From NCBI GenBank assembly GCA_013265495.1, contig MU058337.1:4816716-4880715 (forward strand): a DNA stretch of 64,000 nt, given 5' to 3'. Shown here piece after piece: positions 12,825 to 25,450 of this stretch (positions are counted from its first letter, which is position 1; every line of letters begins with the position of its first letter). Made by a program: the position numbers and the translations under genes. The stretch is from Vicugna vicugna. Taxonomy: Eukaryota. The notes under the pieces are model-generated. The model made no database searches. It saw only the letters and a program-made list of their open reading frames with translations, and had not been told where the DNA came from.

Positions 12825-13769
12825 CCAGAGTCAATAAGAAATTGGGTTTTCTGATTCATTTAGGTGGAGAAAGAGCACATTTATTGATTCATTAAACTCC
12901 AGGATAGGGAGGTAAAGGAAAGGGTTGTGCAAGGCAAAGTTTGTGCCTTTTATTATAAATTATATACAGTCTGTAGGGTTTTCTGGCATGTTCAAGATTA
13001 TCTTCTCAAATTTGTATGGATAGCATTTTTCTTCTAAAATTTTCCTTCCATATGGTTGACTAGGGTTACTTTGACTATTGATTTGTTGAGTTGTTTTTTA
13101 GAGGAGACACAGGTTTTTGGTTTTTGTTTTTTTTTTTTAATTTTGTATCATAATTTTTCTTGCCTTTTCTTTGAATCCAACATTTTTCTTTGGTTATCAT
13201 CAAAAAGGCAGCAATGTCAAAGGCTGCTGTTCTAGGGCAGAAAGTTATTCAGATTTAAATAATTACTATGACATTATCTGAGGAATTAGAGTTGGAATCC
13301 TGAGTAATGAACAGGAAAAACCTGCTTTTCCTCCATGGCCAGTAAAGCAAAGACTGATTAATATTATAAATGCACCTTAGTGCTGATGACTTCGGTTCTG
13401 GAGTTGAACTTTAGGTCTGGCTACTACGGGCTTCCCGTGGCCAGTGCCACTCCTCCCTGGCAGCCTCTTCTCACTGGATTAGTTGCCAAATAACATGGGC
13501 ACCAGCCTCTTTTCACACAAATGCCCAGGACACAGCATTCCCTGGCTGACCCCTGCTTGGTGCAAGGTACAGCGCGGGCAGGACAAATCAGGGAAAGCAG
13601 TTCTGGATTTGGAATCAGAAGCCTTGCAAGTCATGGCACTCTAAGCTCTAAATGACTCATGGAGGCTATAAACTACCCCCGAGTGCTATTGTGAGCATCA
13701 AACATGGGACACCATGTGATGGAAGATACCACAAAACAATGGTAGTGACCATACACTCATCTACAGTGG

Positions 13770-13970
13770 ATCCAGGACTCTGCTAATTGTTTTGCACACA
13801 TCCATTATCCCATACGATTTTCAGAGCAGCCGTTCAGTGTAGGTATTTGTTATTACCCTCTTTTATCAGAAGATGAAAATGAGACTGAATGTTTTTCCTA
13901 AGAAAATAACAGCTTGTTAAGTGGCAGAGCCAGAGTCTGGTAAGAGCTTCACTCTTCCACATTCTTCTGC
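13770..13970 (-). mobile_element. MIR SINE
   Basis: gtaggtatttgttattaccctcttttatcagaagatgaaaatgagact...taagtggcagagccag. Confidence 0.7.
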
Positions 13971-14499
13971 ACTACTAATCACCTTGGACTGGACCATTCT
14001 GCAGAAAAAAAAGAAAAGACAATCTGATTATATGAGCCTAGAGTAAGTCACTTCATAAACTAGAACTCTCTTAACTCTTCCAAGTAAACTTTGGTTAAAA
14101 AGAAAAACTTTGTATCAATTGTTGCTATTTTTTTAAACAGCCAAGATGATAAACCAGGCTTAAGAAAGTTTCACTTCAAAGGAATGTGCTCTGGACCAAC
14201 GAAAGAGACTCAGTCTCTTTTTAATGAAATACATATTTTTGCTGACAAAATACATGTAAAGACAAAGCTGTTTAACATATTTCAATCCTTATCCTATGCT
14301 TAATAGACCAAGGATTTAAAAAAATGATTATCTAAATATCTCTCAAGGGATGAAATGATTACAGGAAGAATCTTTCAGGCTTGCTTTATCATCTGAATTA
14401 TTCCTAAAATAAACCAAAAGAAGATATATGCCTGTGTGAGGGGGTGAAAGAGGGAGAAAGGGGGAGAGGGTATGAACTGGTTACTTTTGTCAATAAAGC

Positions 14500-15515
14500 A
14501 AAATAACCTTTGGATGATCTTTCATGATGTCTAGATGCATTTTATTTCTAAAATTTCTCATTTAAATGCCTTGTCATTTCTTCTTCTTGAGGCTATAAAC
14601 AAGAAGACTATATAATAATTACTTGTTTTGATATGTGAGTTTTGAATTCTAAGTATAGTTACTTAATTCAAATCCAGAATTGCATGTGTTTGGCTCTTTG
14701 AAGTCTAAAAAGTAACACCTTCTTAATAGTTTTATGCTAAAATGTGACACTAACCAGACATATCTCGAAAAGATACAGATGATAATATGGTTTTGTGGCT
14801 CAATTACTTTTTTTTTTGAATTAAATATGACAGTGGTGGCCACAGAGAGACCTGAACCAGTGAGGTAGCGACATTTATTCTGAACTAATTTATGGATGTG
14901 CAAATCATGCTTTCAGTCAGTCCAGCAAATCCATGCACTTATGTTACATTTCCACCTGCTGATAGTAGAAAAGAAATCAAGGCTTTCAATCTATCGAGAC
15001 ACTCTTATGCTTTTCAACAAGTATCTGAAGATGAGATAAAATAATTTTAATAAATAAGAAATTCCACCTTCTATTGGATATGAAAGACAGCACTTGAAAT
15101 TTGTTAATTGTGCCCTTTGAGGGAGGACCAAGGAAAGCAATATGGTAGTTTCACACAACAGTGAGTTAAATTGTCAAGTCAAGCTTGGTGACTGAGACTC
15201 CACATGTAAGCCTGAGCATCGTTGCTCACTTGTCATCTGTGCTGCATTATCATACTCCTGCTCTTTGTGATTCTTCATATTTAATTCATGTTCCCATAAA
15301 ATAGTAATAACTTGTGAGAGCTGCTATACTAGTGTTCTTTATATTAATAAAATTCAAAAATCTTTCCCTGGCAATATGCATGAATTTTTTCCCAGTAGTA
15401 AATGTTTGTTCATGGGTACATCTAAACACCATTCATTTATATTTATAAATCTCTTAGATTGAAGTATCTTTGTTCCCATTAATAATTTTATTCTGAATAT
15501 CTTTCTGCAAATCAG
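14500..15515 (-). mobile_element. Decayed hAT (Tip100/Zaphod/ZMYM1-like) transposase core fragment
   Basis: Minus-strand translation with frameshifts and stops gives colinear hAT motifs: KDIQNKIIN (15478-15504), HEQ, ERFLNFINIKNTS (from 15366), HELNMKNHKEQEYDNAAQM (to 15234; cf. GQxYDxAxNM), SNRRWNFL (about 15065), RNDKAF (about 14570). Confidence 0.75.
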
Positions 15516-18500
15516 CTGGAGACCAAAGAGGAGCTTTGGAAGGAGGGAGTTGGGTAAGTGGGAAACTAGAGTGTCTTGACTGGGTCAAGGACGAAAGGCA
15601 TCTCTTTTTTCTCATGGATGGAGTTAGGGTTAGAGAGGTGACGTCAATAGAGACCCTTGGTGGGAGGGGAAAAGACTGTGGGTACTTAGTGACTACTTGG
15701 TGATCACTCTTGTGAGGACACACTGAAGAGGAGCCTAGGTGTTCTTCTCACCCTTACTCAATATGATTTTTAGACTCTGGGCCCTTCTGCAGGAATGACT
15801 CTCTTCATGCTGTAGTAGCCTCTGCATAGCTTCAGGCAGACTGTCTTAGAGTTCAAGGGGGAAAACTTCACAGACCAAATTAAGATGCTTGACTCATGCA
15901 ATTTATTTGGTCAATTGAAAACATACAACCAGAATCAAGAGGAAAGAGATGGACACATTGCCCCTATCTAAACTTGTATCTGGGATACACACAGACTCTG
16001 TGGTTCTTCCTTTTAGGGAGTCTCTGTGAGCAATGTGACATGTTCTAATCCCCATTAATCTGCCCCGACATCCTCCTTTTGATTCTTTTCTAGACTGTTA
16101 AGAGAATTTCCTGATAGATATCACAGCTCTGAATAGCCATCAGCATCAGGAAAATGAGTTGTGCTGATGGTTTCTTTGTATCTCAGCAGAGTCCTCCTAT
16201 CTCAGCCTTTTGTGCCATTTTGCATATTTTCATTGCTCTTTATGGAATTCTAAAAACTTAATGTTTATGGAAGAGATCAAGCATTCCTGTTTCTGGCATC
16301 CTGTGAGAACTGAAACTTCTGTGTGTATTTACTTATATTTAGGTCTGTGTTACAGCCTTCCTTTTGTCGGTGGGGCAGCTTTGCCTTGAATCATTCCTAG
16401 CAGATGCATACTTAGCTGCTGTGACATTGTCAGTCTCCCTGTGTGCTCACTCAGGTGTTGAATGGAAACATCTGAGATGATTCTCGGAACTCCATCCCCC
16501 AGTGTACGTTGTAACCACTCAAACTGGGCATCAGAGTGATCAGATGAGCAATGGATAACCTGAGACTCTGAGGACAGCTTAACTGACATGGGTATGGGAA
16601 GTCAGCCAGGTTACAGCCACAGATTTTTGGCACTGCTGCTGTTCTGTTCTTGTGCAAGCATGACGACAAGAAGACAGTCCTGTCTGCAGGTCAAAGTGGG
16701 GACTCAGAGCTTGTCCGTGGCATTTGTCCAATAGATGTGGAATATTCTGGTTGACAGAGTTCATCAATATCTTCATCAGACTGTAAGTGGTCCTCATGTA
16801 TCTGGTCAGATGTGTTTGGGATTTAGTGTGGGATTTGGGAGAGCTGTTGGGACTAACAGTGTATTTCTTTCCTTTTCTTGGATAATGGCGAGTCATCTGA
16901 GGTTACTACAATCTCCTCCTGAAAGTGCCTGTGCAACAGTGAAGTAGCTTTGAGGGATCATGGGTGTGGAAATGATCGATGTTGTAGTCATCTTAAGGCA
17001 GCGCCTTTTAAACTGAGATTAACCCAAGGCTTCAGACTATTCCCTTGTCCCCTGAAAGCGACATAAAATTTGGTGCATATGCATTTTTTTTAAAAAAAGG
17101 AGGAGTCGTCTTTGCTTTCACTCCTTTCTTAACAGGATCAATGGTCTGAAAAACAATTGCCACTTGATAATGAACGTGTAGCCCAGGTTTTCATGGACTA
17201 TTGTTAATTTATTGACACATTCCCTTCTTCCCTCAGAGCATTCATATGATTTACTTAGCAAAAGCAGCTCTCACGGTTTCTATCTTTTACAGGTGCAGGG
17301 AGGAGCACAAAGAGGGGATTCTTCTCTAGGATAATTAGCAATTAAGGCAGAGTTTGTCAGGAGAGGAGAGGCTCTGTGACAGTGGAGAATCCATTAGCAA
17401 GTGCCCTCAATTGCAGCTCCCTGTGGAGGCACAAGGGGTATCAGTGGGCCATCCCAATCCCGCCCCCAGAGGGAGTCAGTGGGGGAGGCACAATTGTTCC
17501 GGAGGTACCTTGGGTGCAAATAGGTCTCAAGGGCAATTAGCACAGCTGGCTAGGGCCACTCAACCTTGTTCAGACTTTCCTGTTTCAGTGTTATTTCTAT
17601 GCCACCCATGCATAGAATAAGTATAAATAAATAGGTAAAATAAATATACATTTCACTTAATCATTTGGAGATACAATATTAAAAATTTCACACTAGGTTA
17701 AAATTGTTGCTTTTGTTTTATAAATGACATAAGAAGGTCTATGAATCTGCCTGTCTTTCAGTCACTCCCATTCAAGGGTATAAAACCAGTGCATGTACCA
17801 AAAATATAGTGAACTATTAATAGGATGAAGAATAAATCAAAACAAGTAAAAACCACTTGTATGCTGGGAACACTCCAAGTCCCTACTCAGTAAATTTGTT
17901 GCATACAAGTTATTTGTGATGAATGAAATGGAAATTTATGGTTCACATCATAATAATCAAGAACTTAAAACATCAGGAAATTAGAGTTGGGAAAATGGCT
18001 AATGTAACTATTCTCAGCTGCCCACTGGCAAATGCCCCTCCTAGTGATTTTTTCCAGTTTTGCGTGACTTAGGAGCAGGGCTTCAGTCAATCGCCTCTTC
18101 TTTTGTATGTGTAATTCTAGTGGAGAAAATAATGGTTTACTCAAATGGCTATGCTTACTAAGACATATGGTCTGAAACAAAATGCCACCCTGAGTAATAT
18201 TATTTCTTTTCCATTTTGGAATAAAAGAAGTTAGGAAACTTTCCATGGTGTTGACCTGAAGCCATTAGTATTTGGTTTTAGAATGAATTTATGAACATAC
18301 AGCTCAATGTGGGCATTTCTGAACTCAAATATTACTATATTTCATGTAAAATAATGCACTGTACTGTGGACCCACAGCCTGGAAACTTACTTTGGCTTCT
18401 CAGTTGTCTCTCTAACTCTGGATTATGTCCTCGTCCCACTCTTCTTAGACTGGTGCAGAAAATCGGTTTTACTTATGTTTCTGCATGGTTCACATTATCT

Positions 18501-19073
18501 TTTTTTTATTGCTTATTTGCTTGTTCATACGGCACGTGTACCACGGAGGAACAGTAAGTGTTTGGTATAAAAGAGGAGAGCTTTACAGTAGTCAGGGAGT
18601 TACCTGCTATTCTGTGGGTGAGCAGGGGCGTGAGTCCAACACCGAGGACGTGGAAGCATCGCTAAGCTCGATTCACTGGGTGTTGGTTTGTAATGTGGTT
18701 GGGGTGCAACTGATTTGCTTTAGTGAGTATTTATTTCTTTAATTTTATGTAGCCCTTTTGGAACAAGTTTTTATTCTAAATCAATTTACCAAACGACTGG
18801 CTTTTGCCCAGCAGAGACTCTGTAAGACACTAGGCACTTAACTTGGTGTTAGAAGTTGTCTTTCTGTCATGTTTTCCCTTTTCTCCTATTTTCTCCTATT
18901 CCTGGATGGATGCACTCTCTTCTCCTTCCCTCTTCCCATTTTTAATTTCAGGATAGAATTATTTAAGAAGTTATAATTTTGAACATTTGAGGGTGACATT
19001 TCAAAGTATGTTACTCACATTACAAATGATGCTTAACAAAATATTTCATCTGTTATGATTAAAAGCAGATCTA

Positions 19074-19586
19074 TGTGATCAGCTGGATAAAGTGTCCCCT
19101 TCACCTGCAAAGATATCCACATCCTAGTCCCTGGGACCTGCAGACCTGTGAATATGTTACCTCCCATGACTAACGGGATTTTGCAGAGCTAATTAAGTGC
19201 AGGGCTTTGAGACAGAGAAATTATCCTGGATTATCCTGGTGGCTGAGTCTAATCACGTGGGTGCTTACCAGTGGGCAACCTTCCTGCCTGTGGTCAGAGA
19301 AGAAAGTGTGACTAAGAAGGAAAGGCTCAGTGAGATGCAGTGTTTCTCGTTTTGAAGATGGAGGAGGAAGGCTTGCGCCGAAGAATGTGGGTGGCCACAC
19401 GGGGCGGAAAGGGCAAGGAGCACACTGACTTCAGATAGCAGCACAGCACTGCCGACACCGAGGCGTCAGCCCGGTGAGACCCGCGGCAGACTCCAGACGT
19501 ACAGAACTGTGCGATGATAAATTCATGTTGCTTTAAGCCACTAAGTTTGTGGTAATTTGTTACAGCAGAAACAGGAAATTAACACA
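19074..19586 (+). mobile_element. MLT1D solo LTR, essentially full length
   Basis: TG...CA ends; aaagatatccacatcctagtccctgg, cctgtgaatatgttacc, attatcctggattatcc, ttaagccactaagtttgtggtaatttgttacagcag. Confidence 0.9.
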
Positions 19587-21169
19587 ATAGAGGAAGACTA
19601 GAGCAGGACGTGCTTCGATAATGAACACTAGTCAAGAGTTACAGAGTCTTTGTTTTGATCCACAATGATAATCGATCACCAACACGCTCTTAAGGACCCA
19701 AGAGAACTGCTGCCTGATCAGCATAGTCACCTAGCAGAGTGAAGAGGGTGTAGGATTCAGACTGTGGACCCTTCTGGACGTGACATATGCTCTTCTGTGT
19801 GTTTTGCTGTGTCCACACACAGATTTTGTGATTGGTGAGACGGAAGGATGTCTCCTTTTCTTGCTCTGTCTCATCTGTCCAAGATTATTGAAATATAAAC
19901 ACAAGCCTCATCCCTTTTTCTCTTTCCAAGTTAATGTTCTTCATTGCTCTCAAATGTGTTTATGACACAGAATTCTGCATTTCTCAAAACCTGAATGTGG
20001 AAGTCCATAACTTTGACCCAAGAGACCATGTGTTTTTATACTTGTTTTTGCCCAGTGTGGAATCACAAGAATGTAGTTTTCTTCTCCCTTTTTTTCCTTC
20101 TCTTTGATCCAAATGTTTTACTTCTTATTGTCTCCTTATCTCCCTGAGAATTTGTGATAAATTCCATAAGTTCTAATCCAGCATCAGACAACGCCCACCA
20201 GTAGCATCGTAGGATGCTAGTATTGTGTTTTCAAAGTTGCTTCTTCTCACCACAATGAACCCATCCTGAGCCTGAGCTGCTTCCCTTCCTCCATCTTCAG
20301 GTGGGCCCTCAAGCGGCTAGAGGTGAACTGTGTCCCTCCTTTTGGTTAGAGGCACAGTCCGGGGGCAGATCCGTTACTCTGCATCCATCATCACGAGAGC
20401 AGGAGGAGAACATGCCACCACATTCCCAGGGCATCTGTGAAACGAGTGTGCAGACTGACTGTCATGTCCCCGTTTCCCAAGAACTTGTACCACGTTCTTA
20501 CCTTCTCCCAGGGCTCCCTGACTTCCCCACCAGCCGTTCTGGTGTTGACACAGATAATTTAATGGAAATATCTTTTAAGAAGGCATTGGCACTGTGCTTT
20601 GCCCGGTGATTTTCAAACTAGTGAGCAACAGAATCATCTGAAAGGCTTGTTAAATCACACTTCTTGTGTCTATAATATCTAGAATAGTGTCTCTCCCTCC
20701 GTTTACCCCCACCCCTACCCGCCTGACCCGGTTACAGCCTGGCAGCTGTTTCTCTTCTGCTCCTGTTAAAAATGAATCTTTCTGCCCTCAGTGTGTACAA
20801 TAGGAAGTGTTTCCCCTGAACCTGATCTCCTCTGCCCCAGGCCATTCTTTCTGATGCATCTTTCATTGATGTGCTCCAGTGTTTGCTTCTCCCATCTTTG
20901 TCTTTAGTGTATCTGCCTAGAAATACAGACACAGGACTTCAGAGCTGGAAGGGCTGCTGGTGACCCTCAGGCCAGGTGTCACACATTCCCACTTGTAGAG
21001 CAACTGCCTTGACACCAATGGCACAGGTGGGGAGTGGAATATTCGTTCTCTGACTCGAGAGAAAGGTACTGGAGTAAAAGGACCGAAATAATTATAAAGT
21101 GCTAAAAAATGTTAAGATATAATTACAAAAATCTGGCTTCTTTCTCCAAGAAGCAGAGAAGTTAAGAAC

Positions 21170-21420
21170 AGTTCCGGCAGTGAGAAGTGAAAGTGTGCGA
21201 ACGCTGGGTGCAGGGGCAGGGGCGGGGGCAGCGGCTGGGCTTCCTGGCCGTCCACGGCCAGCCGGCGGGCCCGGCACGGGGGCTGTCAGAGCGCGGGCTG
21301 CGGAGTCGGCCGCGCGTGGGGTAGCGGAGCTCACACCTGTCACGGGGCCACGGGGGCCCCTTCAGCCACATACGGTCTGGAGCCCAAGACTAGTCCAGGT
21401 GGGCAATGGCCAATCATTGT
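21170..21420. promoter_or_regulatory. Small CpG-island-like GC-rich element with IRF/PRDM1 motif, GC boxes and CCAAT
   Basis: About 20 CpGs in about 190 bp (hand count) in a CpG-poor window; AAGTGAAAGTG 21185-21195; GGGGCGGGG; GGCCAATCA 21408-21416. Confidence 0.65.
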
Positions 21421-21824
21421 TAGAAAGGATTTCAGGACAGGGCATATGGGGCAGGGATGAGAGACTCTGTCTGGAAGTTTCACATTTAAATAAAGCGCCC
21501 TGGTTTCTTTGAACCAGTCTTCATCCAGACGCATTGCAGCAAAAGAAAAATATAGATGGAAAAAAATCACAGAAAGGGGGCCATACCATACGTTCTCCTC
21601 TGACTTCTCTTCCCGTGTCCAGATCAGAGTTCACTCTCGAGTCTCCCTAGAGCCTTAATTCTGACCTGGATTTTTCTGACGCAGGGACACAGGGCTGTGA
21701 GGACAAACCCAGGTGTTTAACCCTCAACCTGGGCGGCAGAGGGCCCTGCCTGGCCTCTCTGTTACTTCAGATCTCTAGAATGCATCAAGCAAGCCTCAGT
21801 GCAAGCTGCAGTTTGGGGAGACAG

Positions 21825-22050
21825 TGACATGATGCAGTGGAAAGGGCACAGGAGATGGAGTTCTGACGGGGTTTCTAAGCCAGGGTTCAAATCCTGGCCT
21901 AGATACTTATGAGAACCTCAGTTGTGTCCTCTGGACAATGCTACGATAATGGTCACCTCAGAAGGTGGCAAGGATTAAATGCGGGACTGCATGAAAAGCC
22001 TAGTGAGTCCGTGCGTGGACCTCAGTGGGTGCTCGGGGTAATAGCGTTCT
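21825..22050 (+). mobile_element. MIR SINE
   Basis: gcagtggaaagggcacagg...gggttcaaatcctggc...cctcagttgtgtcctctg...aggattaaatg. Confidence 0.75.
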
Positions 22051-22110
22051 TGCTTTGTCTGGCTTCTTGTCCTGTCTGTCATGTCATGATCTCAGCAGCT
22101 TTCTGAAGAG

Positions 22111-22331
22111 CAGGACCAGGGCTATGGTGAGGTAGGTGAGTTGGGTGGTACAAAAGCAGGTCATATGTGCTTTTAAATAAAAATGTGAGATTTTGTTCAG
22201 CATGGATATTTCATTCATCTTTATTTAAAAATATTTTACTGGAATACTATCTTGAGTCGGAGTGTTTTAGCCCTCCCCTTAACTCCTGCTCAAGGCTGGT
22301 GCCCCACATACTGCCTCCTCATTCCGGTCAG
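22111..22331 (+). mobile_element. MER96B-like hAT-Tip100 MITE
   Basis: caggaccagggctatggtgaggtaggtgag...attttgttcagcatggat...aaaatatttt...ccctcccttaa...ctgcctcctcattccggtc matches recalled MER96B. Confidence 0.7.
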
Positions 22332-23273
22332 GAGGGTAGACAGAAGGACGATGCTTTCCTTATTTCGTAGATAGAAAGTCTAAATGCAGTGACTAATGCT
22401 GCTGCTACCTTCCTCCGCTGGCCTGAACAACCAGCATTATTAAGGAGTCATCTGTACAAATCACGTGCCTCCTAACTGCGCTTCTAACTCTTCAAGAGCC
22501 TTCTCATCCATTGTTCTCTCCCCAGCGACCAGAACACGCTGTGACTCCATCTGAGGTTCCAGCTGACTCCTAACGTGATGACTTGTCAGGCTCCACTGAG
22601 CCAGCTCCATCTTATCCTGTCGGATCCCAGAGTCCTGGGCTCATGGGGGTACAGTCGAGGGACATTGAGTTGTAGCCTCTGCATTAACATTTTCTGCTTT
22701 TAAATCTGCTGCCCCATTACCCAATCATCTCCTTTCCTGCTGTTAGATAAGAGAGTACATCGTTCCCAGAGAGAAGGGAGGCACATCTGTTGAAATCACA
22801 GCGAAAACAAAGCTTGCATTTTCCTCCGATGTAAGAGCCTCTCTGTTCTAGGTTCTTCCTGAGACACAGCACTTTGCTTTTCAGGCAGACCACTCTCGCC
22901 AGCACCCTGCAACATACAGGTGCCCCATAAAATACGTTCCACAAAGCAGGGGGGAGCAGAGCTGGTAGGAAGCGTTGGTTCAAGGGCACTGACTCACAAC
23001 TGCAAAATTGTTTCTGTGTCTGTGTTTTGCTAAAACGAAATTATTCTTGGCATATAAGCTTTAAAATGGACAGAAATGCCTTAGAACCAGTGAGAGTTCT
23101 TGCTGAATAAACACTGCATCCTAACAGAGCCCAGGTGCCTGGCCCTCCTCCCCTCCTTCCCTTTCTTGAGTGTATATTTAAGCACAAGTAGTTCAGATCT
23201 TGTCTTCAAATGGGCTTTAAAAATGAAGATAAGGTGACACGGAGGTGGCAAGCCTAAGTATATAAGCCCTTTA

Positions 23274-23275
<2 letters not shown>

Positions 23276-23313
<38 letters not shown>

Positions 23314-23322
23314 TGTGTGTGT
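23276..23322. repeat. (TG)n microsatellite
   Basis: Directly visible. Confidence 0.95.
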
Positions 23323-25279
23323 CTCCAGGCTGAAACATTGATCTGTATGGATCTATTAAACTGAGTATTCTGTTGAAATATAGAACACTCTTTTTTTCTC
23401 CCAGGATTTGGTCCAACCTAAACCTTTTCTAGTTAAGTGCCCCATGAGCAGTCACTTCCTTATGACGGTCCTATTATAGAGATACTTTGTCTCATTTGTG
23501 CTCTGTTTGTGACCTTACTACTATTTGGCACACTTGGTGGTTTACATGGCTCATGACAGTCAGATGTGACTCAAAATGTTCTGTAAATCAGAGTATGCTT
23601 GAAATGCAATGAAAATGTAACAAAGATCATGAAGATACTGTGAACACTCTCCTCTGTTTTCATGGGAAGAAGTTCCAACTTCTAAAGTCTATACGTAGAG
23701 TACTGAAGGATTTTTTGTTTAATTTCAAGACATTTTTCTAGGGTCTGAGGAAATTCCAGAAAGCAAAGACATACTTTAGATCAAGTAAGGTCTTGAATGT
23801 TGAATGAAACCTCATTAGTTTTATTCTTCTGAAGAGTCTTGGACCAACGTTGGCCTCCAAGCAATTAGTTACTATCCCTTCTTCGGTAGATTTCATAAAG
23901 GACAGTCCCAGGGGACACAGCCTTAGCTGGAAAGAGCTAAACGTCCAGGAGGGGATGAATAGGACACGTCTGGGATTACTGATGTCTTCTCTTCGGACTT
24001 TTCCTCATGGGTCTCTGCCCCAGTATGATGTCTCCGTTATAGGGCCGTGACAGTGCAGCTCCAAGGGACAGTGCTGTACCTGGAGAAAAGCAGAATGTCA
24101 GTCCACGTCTGTCCCCATGCCTGGTCCCCCTTCCCCCACCTTTGCAACACTTACACTCTAGCAACCAGCATGGTGCAGCCCTGAAAGGTGCGAGTATAAG
24201 GGAACACAGCAGGTCAAACCATATTTTAAAATAACTCAAGATCTATCTTGGGATCTCTTAACAACATGAAGGGAATATATATATATATATATACATTTTC
24301 TCAAAATATCTTAAGGTCTTAATAATTTTCTCTCCCATCCACTGCCTTCATGCACTGTGGCTGCACTCTCTCCTTTCTTTTTTTTTTTTCCTGTAAAATT
24401 CCATCAGTCCTCATCCTTTTGTCTGTCTTATCCTCTTTTTCCTCCTATTTCTTTCTGATTCCTAATCACAGAGCACAGCAACTAGGGAGACCAAACAGGA
24501 TCCTCCTTGGAAGGGAAAAGAGGAGAGAGGCTGAATGAAGTCAAACAAGTTATATCTAGTGGGCAGGGGAGAGGGAAAGCTGAGCACAGTGCATTTCAGT
24601 AATTTTCATTCCATCACAAATAGAAGCTGCCAGCTGCTGGTGTGAAGGGAACGTGGTGCTGTGGACCAGCGCGAGTTCTGGAGTCAAGCATTCATTGTCT
24701 TTATTTAGAATATCAAGGGTAGCAGGTTTACAGCCTTTACATTGATGTTATGAATTCAAGCCCCACCCCCATCACGTTCATGATTCTAATCATGTGTACA
24801 GGATGCTAATGAACAGATTTGTAATTTTAGAAATGTACATCTGTGTTAATTTCATTGCTACCCTTTAAAAACCTGATGAATAAGTGAACAGAAACCTCAT
24901 CATCATGACTCCTTAAATTACGTTTCATTCTTTTACAAAATGTGCACATGAATAGATTCAGCTATAGGTATTTTTCATGGGCTGTATCTATATACTTCTT
25001 TAGTCTTAAGGAAATAAATTTCTAAAGGTCATCTGAGACTCATTTTTGGACTCCAGGAAAGGTCCAAGATGAAGAGTGATGGTAGTGCTATACTTTTTTT
25101 TTTAGCTGCATTATGCTTTCATTGTATCTTTATTGGGATTTTAGCCAAAATTCAGTCAAATAAGAAAATATAGACTTTTCAGTCTCTCATCCAGAGGGAT
25201 GTTTACATGTCTAATTTCATAACAAGAGGTGAATGTGCCAAAATTTAGTAAACTGTTAATAAATTTGGAATTTGAAGAA

Positions 25280-25450
25280 TTTTTACTGAAGAGAACATGG
25301 GCTTCCCAGTAACTCAGATCTGGGTTCTAATCCCAGAACAGGCTACACACATGTGGGCCAATTACTTATCATTTCTGAGCCTCAATTATCATCATTGCAT
25401 AAGGATTCCTATCTCATTGTGAGGAATAGGTGATGTGCAGTGTATTGCTA
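25280..25450 (+). mobile_element. MIR fragment
   Basis: cagatctgggttctaatccc...ttacttatcatttctgagcctcaatt...tgtgaggaatag. Confidence 0.6.

Noticed and set aside
16134..16171. Hairpin ccatcagca...tgctgatgg as a miRNA or structured RNA
   Set aside because: The stem is only 9-12 bp, too short for a pre-miRNA and expected by chance
18881..18900. Short direct repeats (ttctcctatt x2; similar at 31477, 50925, 58891) as CRISPR-like or array structures
   Set aside because: Only two copies each with no regular spacers; ordinary slippage duplications in a eukaryotic genome
21092..21570. Overlapping GC-rich ORFs of 69-110 aa
   Set aside because: Low-complexity A/G/P/R translations are expected from stop-poor GC-rich DNA
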